The notes under the pieces are model-generated. The model did not search any database. It was not told where the DNA came from and worked only from the letters and a program-made list of their open reading frames with translations. From Paraspadella gotoi (Eukaryota > Animalia > Chaetognatha), in contig CM119268.1 of the NCBI GenBank assembly GCA_051294375.1, forward strand, positions 18,931,142 to 18,995,141: a DNA stretch of 64,000 nucleotides, in the 5' to 3' direction. Numbering within the stretch: position 1 is the first letter of the stretch; each line of letters begins with the position of its first letter. The position numbers and the translations under genes were made by a program. Shown here one piece after another: positions 57,678 through 64,000 of this stretch.

Positions 57678-57812
57678 CTTTTCGTCAGTAGGCGTCTCTT
57701 CCGGTCGAAGGAGACGCAGTAGACGCGGGTCGTCGATGATGGCGCTGCTGTCGCAACCGACGACGACGACGACGACGACGAAGACGAAGACGGAAAACGC
57801 GACCGAGTTCAT
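57678..57812 (-). CDS. His-rich secreted protein, exon 1 (signal peptide and pro-region)
   Basis: MNSVAFSVFVFVVVVVVVGCDSSAIIDDPRLLRLLRPEETPTDEK; hydrophobic core followed by small residues; AAG|GTGAGT donor, phase 0. Confidence 0.82.
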
Positions 57813-57896
57813 TGTCTCTGGTTTCGATGTTGTTGTGGCGAGGAAACAAACTGCTTCGTGACGTGGTGTTTTAGTGGAATGACACAAGTAGTGAGT

Positions 57897-57973
<77 letters not shown>

Positions 57974-59147
57974 AAAAAACTCGGAGACACTTAAACTGTC
58001 GATAGAATAAACTGAAACGAGGCAAGAGACTCGAGGAGGAAATGGAAATTCCATTTTCCCCTTTTTCTATTTTTAGAACTTTATTTTAGTCAACAATCGA
58101 GTTGCATATTGTTATATAATATATATTTAAAAAAATAAAAAAATTTTCTTTTATTCAAGAAATATTTTTTTTAAATTTTGATTTAAATAAATTATTCTCG
58201 AACTTCCGAAAACGTTCTTATGAATTAAATTAAATTTAGTTATTCATACAAAACCAAATTGTAATTATGAATTATCAGAAAGACGTTGCAGTTTCCGGGA
58301 TGCAATCTGCGAGAAATATATTATAATATTAGATTCCGTAGGGCAAAACCAAAACAAATTCGATAAAGTTTTAAACCAGTAAAAAAAACGACATTAATCC
58401 AAAGCCGAAAATTTTTGACTAAAGAGAAAATTAAATAAAAATCTAGAGAAAAGTAAAAAGAATATTGGAACGATATAAGCGGAATGTTCGCCGGCTTTGT
58501 CCTCGACTAAAAGTGTAGCGACGGGAAACATTAAGGATGACGTAGAAAGATCACCATCGCCAAACCCATTAGACCTGATATCGAAGCTCTTTTTTCTGAC
58601 TATTTTTTTCCTGCAATTGTTTCGAAAAAAAAAATGTTTTTTTCCGGAGTTGTATCCGAAGATTAACCCCACGTAACAAACTTGCTTAAAAATGTTTACA
58701 TGTAACATAAATACTTAACGAATATCAAACTAATATTGTATTTCTTTTGGTATTATAAGGCGCAATCCGACGGCGAAAGTAGCAGCGGAAAAAGGTACCG
58801 GATTTTGGTAATTTTTTCTCATCTTGAAAGGCCAAACCCGAGGACATGATTAACACCCAAATCTGCCAAAGATGAAGTTGGACAAACTTGAGGCGTTTCC
58901 AACGAGAAATCCATTTCAGATTCCATTCCTTCTTTACTTTCTTTTTCTTCTTTCTCCTTTTTTTATTCGATGACCAAAATAATCGCTGATAAGCCTGTTT
59001 TACGATGATAGTGGAAGTGCTATTATAATTGCAAATTTAAAAAATAATCATTTAAAGTAGATGTTATATGATCCCTAGAACAGAAGCCTTTACTGTTACT
59101 GTTAAACTGTTTTAACTTTTAATTCATTTCTCTCTGTTTATTCGTAA

Positions 59148-59188
<41 letters not shown>

Positions 59189-59427
59189 TCTTTCTCTCTC
59201 TCTCTCATCTCTCTCTCTCTCGTGGTTTATTTTTATAATTTTCAAATTTCTTTAACAAATTCATATGTCGGCAATTGATTTGCGTTTTTGCCTGTGATTG
59301 TTTTTTGAAAAATATCTTTAATTGCCCGATTTATTATTTAGGTAAAACCACATTCCTCTTTCTCTCATCTTCTCTCTCTCTCTCTCTTCTCTCCTTTCTC
59401 TCTCTCTCCTCTCTCTCTCTCTTCTCT

Positions 59428-59486
<59 letters not shown>

Positions 59487-60263
59487 GCACTTTCTTTTAA
59501 GACCTGCAATAAATCAATTTTCTCAAGATCTTTTCGCCATTTATTTTTTTATTTCTTAATCACCAAAATAATTTCGGCTGTCGTTTCTGTTTAATGATTT
59601 TCTGTATAAAAAAAATTTAATTATTTTTACTCTACCGGTTTAGATATAAATTTAAAATTATTTTATTTTGGTTGTCTATTTCATTGTACCTAGCAGTACC
59701 GAGTTCTTATTTTTCTAATTTTTCTGTTTAAATTATTATTTTATTTTATATCTTTCTTTGTCGATTATTCACGGTTTATCTTAGTCAAGTTTGTTTCCGC
59801 TTTTTCTTGATCTTGTTACGTCAGCGAAGGGATTGGACGGATAGATGGATCAGATGGATCATTGATCAAGCAGCTTGCAAATTACAATGACGTAAAGTTT
59901 TTTAATTTTTCCCTTTGGCCATTCTCATGGCGAAGCGGTCGATGCCCCCGAATTTTTTTTTCTCTCGGTATGAGAGTTTGCTACTGGTGAAATAAAAAAA
60001 AAACTTAAACATACCTGCATTTTTTTGTAGAAATTCACAAAAAAGCCGACTTCAACTCGCCACCTTCGTTGAAGGGGACGTGATAAACGTCGCTCGAATT
60101 CGACTCAAATCGTATTTATGTTTCACTTAAAAAAAGATAAAAAAAAAAAAANNNNNNNNNNNNNNNNNNNNNNNNNAGGAGAGATCAGGTTCTCAATTTC
60201 AAAATTTGGAACCCAACTTACTGAAGAGAGGCGACCCCAAGTAAGAAGCGATTTTCAAATAAA

Positions 60264-60660
60264 GACATCCTGCTCCCGTCAACACTCGGCCGGAGTTGAA
60301 GACTCATATTCCCCTTATTTGTACTCCTCTCACCGTCAACACTCGGGCGGGGAGTTGAAGACTCATATTCCCCCTTTGTTGACATCCCTCTCGGCCGTCA
60401 ACACTCGCGCGGGTGTATTGAAAGACTCATATTCCCTGTGTACATCCTCTCCCGTCAACACTCTGGGGGCTGAGTTGACAGACTCATATCCCCTTTTGTG
60501 ACATCCTCTTCACCCGTCACACTCGGCGGGAGAGTTGAAGACTCAATATTCCCCTTTGTGACATCCTCTCCTCAATCGGCGGGGGGAGTTAAGCCCAATC
60601 CCCTTGTGACATCCTCCGTCAACGGCGGGGAGTTGAAGACTCATAATCCCTTTTGTGACA
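60264..60660 (+). repeat. ~57-bp minisatellite (~7 noisy copies), inverted copy at ~61310-61740
   Basis: Consensus GACATCCTCTCCCGTCAACACTCGGCGGGGAGTTGAAGACTCATATTCCCCTTTTGT. Confidence 0.85.
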
Positions 60661-61994
60661 CACGTCCTCAATTAAAGAAATCCTGCGGTGAAACGAGTTT
60701 TGATATCGCATTTTCGTGTCGAGGGAAAAGAATCGTGGAGTAATGGGTGAAACGGAGTTCGGTCCGACGAATTACACGGTCGATTCACGATTCACAATTT
60801 GTTTCTTATTGAAAATCGCTCTTACTTGGGGTCGCCTCTCTCAGTTGGGTCCAAAATTTTAATTGAGAACCTGCTCAAACAAAAATTATACATTTAAAAA
60901 AAGAGGAGAGATCTACTTCTGGTCGAAATAAAAAAAAAACTTAAACAATTGACCTGCCATATTTTTTGTAGAACTTCACCAAACAAAGCCGACTTCAACT
61001 CGCCACTTCGTTGAAGGGGACGTGAAAACGGTCGCTCGAAATTCGACTCAAATCGTATTTTACTGTTTCTAAAAAAAAGATATATAAACAAAAAAAGCAA
61101 CAAATTTTGATCCGTGAATCGACGTGAAATCGTCGGACGAACTCCCGTTTTCACACCATTCACTCCACGATTCTTATCCTCTAGCGTACGTATCAATATA
61201 TCTCCTTTCGGGGCGATATCTATTAACTCGAGTACGAGCCACGTCGCCAGGGAAGTGCGAAATTGAGACAGGCCTGTGTCGCACCCCCCCCAATTTGAGT
61301 ATCGAGGTCTCACTCCCCGCCGAGTGTTGACGGTAGAGGATGTCCGACAAAAAGGGGAATATGATCTTCACTCCCCGCCGAGTTTCTGACGGGAGAAGAT
61401 GTCACAAAGAGGGAATATGAGTCCTTCCAACTCCCCGCCGAGTGGTTGACGGGAGAGGATGTCAAACAAAAGTGGGAATATGAGTCCTCAACTCCCCGCC
61501 GAGTGTTGACTGGGAGAGGATGTCACAAAAGGCGGAATAATCGAGTCTTACAACTCCTGCCTCGCCGAGATGTTGACGGGAGAAAGGACATGTCACAAAA
61601 GGGGACATACTGAGTCTTCAACTCCACCCGCCTGAGTGTTGAACGGCGATGCATAAGGAGGTCAACAAAAGGGGCACGATACATAGAGTCTGTCAACATC
61701 CCCAGGTCCAGTGGTTGACGGCCACACGACCACAGACTATAGAGTCTTTTATGAAAAATCGCTCATTAAACTTGGTCGAGCCTCTCTCAGTAAGTTCGGG
61801 TCCAAAAATTGAATTAGAGAAACCTGCTCCTAAACAAAAATTCATTACCAACATTTAAAAAAAAATTAAAGATAGACAAATGACAAATAAATAAAATCGA
61901 TACAAATAAGAGTCATGTTAAAATTTTTTTTGTGAGNNNNNNNNNNNNNNNNNNNNNNNNNGGCCACCCCAAGTAACAGCGATTTTCAATATAG

Positions 61995-62262
61995 AATTTT
62001 TTTCATATTTATTTATATATAGATAGGAATGGATAAAACATTTTTTAAGATATTTTTATTTTTAGGATCGGTTTCAGGTAGCTTGCAAAAAGTTGTCTAC
62101 ACAAAATATAATTTTTTTTTTATAATCTGCTCATAAGTTGGTGAAAAATTTAAAAAACGGGTAAAAATTATCATTGTCATCATCATATTTTTCTTAATTT
62201 TGACCAAGAAAACGTAAGAATTTTTAAATGTTGTAATTATATTTTTTATTTAACTTTTTGTG
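61995..62262. mobile_element. Palindromic MITE/foldback-like element, copy 3 (partial)
   Basis: Shares TATAGATAGGAA, AAAAAGTTGTCTACACAAA, AGAAAACGTAAGAATTTTT and GTAATTATATTT...TTAACTTTTT with the copy at 8470. Confidence 0.6.
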
Positions 62263-62657
62263 CACATCAAGACTAAAGTTTTGTACCCCTGCCCTTTGTG
62301 ATTTTAATTTCATAGTAGATATCTATCTTACCTCTTTCTCGATGAAACAAAAGAATATGAGTAATTTTCTACCGCAAACCGGATCTTTAAAAAGTTGTAC
62401 CGTTGTTCACTAATTGACCGTAAATCGAGTGGCGCCACAAACGATTTTTTTTTTAGAAATTAATTGATGGCGGAAGTCTCGCTGATTTCTTGATAAGAAT
62501 TATCACATTTTCTTCTTTTATTATCTCTTTGTGTTTATCATTTCTTTTATTTTAATTTCTTTAATTTCTTTTCTTCTGATTCTTAGATTACATAGATTCT
62601 TATATAGATTCTTATAAATTTTATTCGGCCTAGCTTTTCTTTTCGACTTGCATTTCC

Positions 62658-62770
62658 TTGTCTTATCTTGTCTTGTCTTGTCTTGTCTTGTCTTGTCTTG
62701 TCTTGTCTTGTCTTGTCTTGTCTTGTCTTGCCTTGCCTTGCCTTGCCTTGCCTTGTCTTGCCTTGTCTTT
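62658..62770. repeat. (TCTTG)n/(CCTTG)n microsatellite
   Basis: Direct inspection. Confidence 0.95.
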
Positions 62771-62789
62771 TTTCTTTTCCATTCTTCCT

Positions 62790-63345
62790 TCTCTATTCTC
62801 TGGCAACTACAATTAGCACCAGGTAAATCAGTTGCAACCATTTTTAGTAGGTGTCCAAGCCATCATAATAGTTCTATAGAACTTTACCTCGGCGATGACA
62901 AAGTTGTTTTCAACAAGGAATTGAAACTGCTTGGGATGGTCCTAGACAATAAACTCCAATGGAGCAAATTCATTGACCAACTTACTGACAAAGCAAAAAC
63001 AAAAATCATGGCCATCAAAAAACNNNNNNNNNNNNNNNNNNNNNNNNNNNNNNNNNNNNNNNNNNNNNNNNNNNNNNNNNNNNNNNNNNNNNNNNNNNNN
63101 NNNNNNNNNNNNNNNNNNNNNNNNNNNNNNNNNNNNNNNNNNNNNNNNNNNNNNNNNNNNNNNNNNNNNNNNNNNNNNNNNNNNNNNNNNNNNNNNNNNN
63201 NNNNNNNNNNNNNNNNNNNNNNNNNNNNNNNNNNNNNNNNNNNNNNNNNNNNTAAGAACATTTTTAAATCTTCCAATCCATACATCAGCAAACCTCGTAT
63301 ACGATGCAGCAGGAGAATCCTCCNNNNNNNNNNTCGCTACATCTT
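62790..63345 (+). mobile_element. Truncated non-LTR retrotransposon (LINE) RT C-terminal fragment
   Basis: LKLLGMVLDNKLQWSKFIDQLTDKAKTKI matches the LINE RT thumb pattern K(Y/F)LG.xxD.KLxW..hI; after the gap, RTFLNLPIHTSANLVYDAAG resembles the downstream R....P..TS...L...aG motif. Confidence 0.8.
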
Positions 63346-64000
63346 TTTAAGGTTAATCCTCAAAAATTTATTTGTATTACATTTACCTTAAGGTACTATA
63401 ACAGTTCTTTATACCTACTAAGGTAAATTAAATTGTTAGTGATTCTTTATGCCTAAGGTAATTTCTGAAGTAAGTGATNNNNNNNNNNNNNNNNNNNNNN
63501 NNNNNNNNNNNNNNNNNNNNNNNNNNNNNNNNNNNNNNNNNNNNNNNNNNNNNNNNNNNNNNNNNNNNNNNNNNNNNNNNNNNNNNNNNNNNNNNNNNNN
63601 NNNNNNNNNNNNNNNNNNNNNNNNNNNNNNNNNNNNNNNNNNNNNNNNNNNNNNNNNNNNNNNNNNNNNNNNNNNNNNNNNNNNNNNNNNNNNNNNNNNN
63701 NNNNNNNNNNNNNNNNNNNNNNTCTCTCTTCCTTTAATTCAATGCACCTGGAGACCCATTCTCTTTCCCCTTTCCACTTCTTATCTCTTCCCTTCTCATT
63801 CTACTAGAGTCACATATTCCGCCTCTTGTTTCTTTCCCATTTTATTTATTCTTATTCTTCTTCTTCTTCTCATTTTCCTTTTATTGTAAATTCTTTATCA
63901 ATCTGTTGCTACTTTTGATTATTTAATATTGTTCATCACATGCTTATCCTTCGAATCAATGATTGATTTTTTCTTAATTAATCATCTTTAAAACAAAACA

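Noticed and set aside
60264-61740. CRISPR-like array with hairpin repeats
   Set aside because: Units are head-to-tail with no unique spacers, there are no cas genes, and the context is eukaryotic.

Overview
AT-rich, intron-containing eukaryotic (probably invertebrate metazoan) draft scaffold with N-gaps and dense (AG)n/(CT)n microsatellites, which generate most entries in the ORF track. Hand-splicing gives three genes. (1) The 3' four coding exons of a 4-Cys tetraspanin (+, 545-4114). (2) A large + strand gene (about 10.6-42.5 kb) in which three alternative phase-0 N-terminal modules, one a 12.6-kb giant exon full of repeated short motifs and 91-aa tandem repeats, can join a shared ~330-aa Ser/Arg/Gly-rich C-terminus; I recognise no family. 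(3) A - strand gene (46734-57812) whose His-rich frames are mostly absent from the ORF track, encoding a ~328-aa secreted pre-pro-protein with ~26% His, two RxRR furin-type sites, a GC-AG intron and candidate alternative last exons. Also present: a ~1.75-kb-arm inverted repeat (possibly a fold-back artefact), a palindromic MITE-like family, a tRNA-like/SINE head, 49-bp and ~57-bp minisatellites, and a LINE RT fragment. All gene models are manual and lack expression support.
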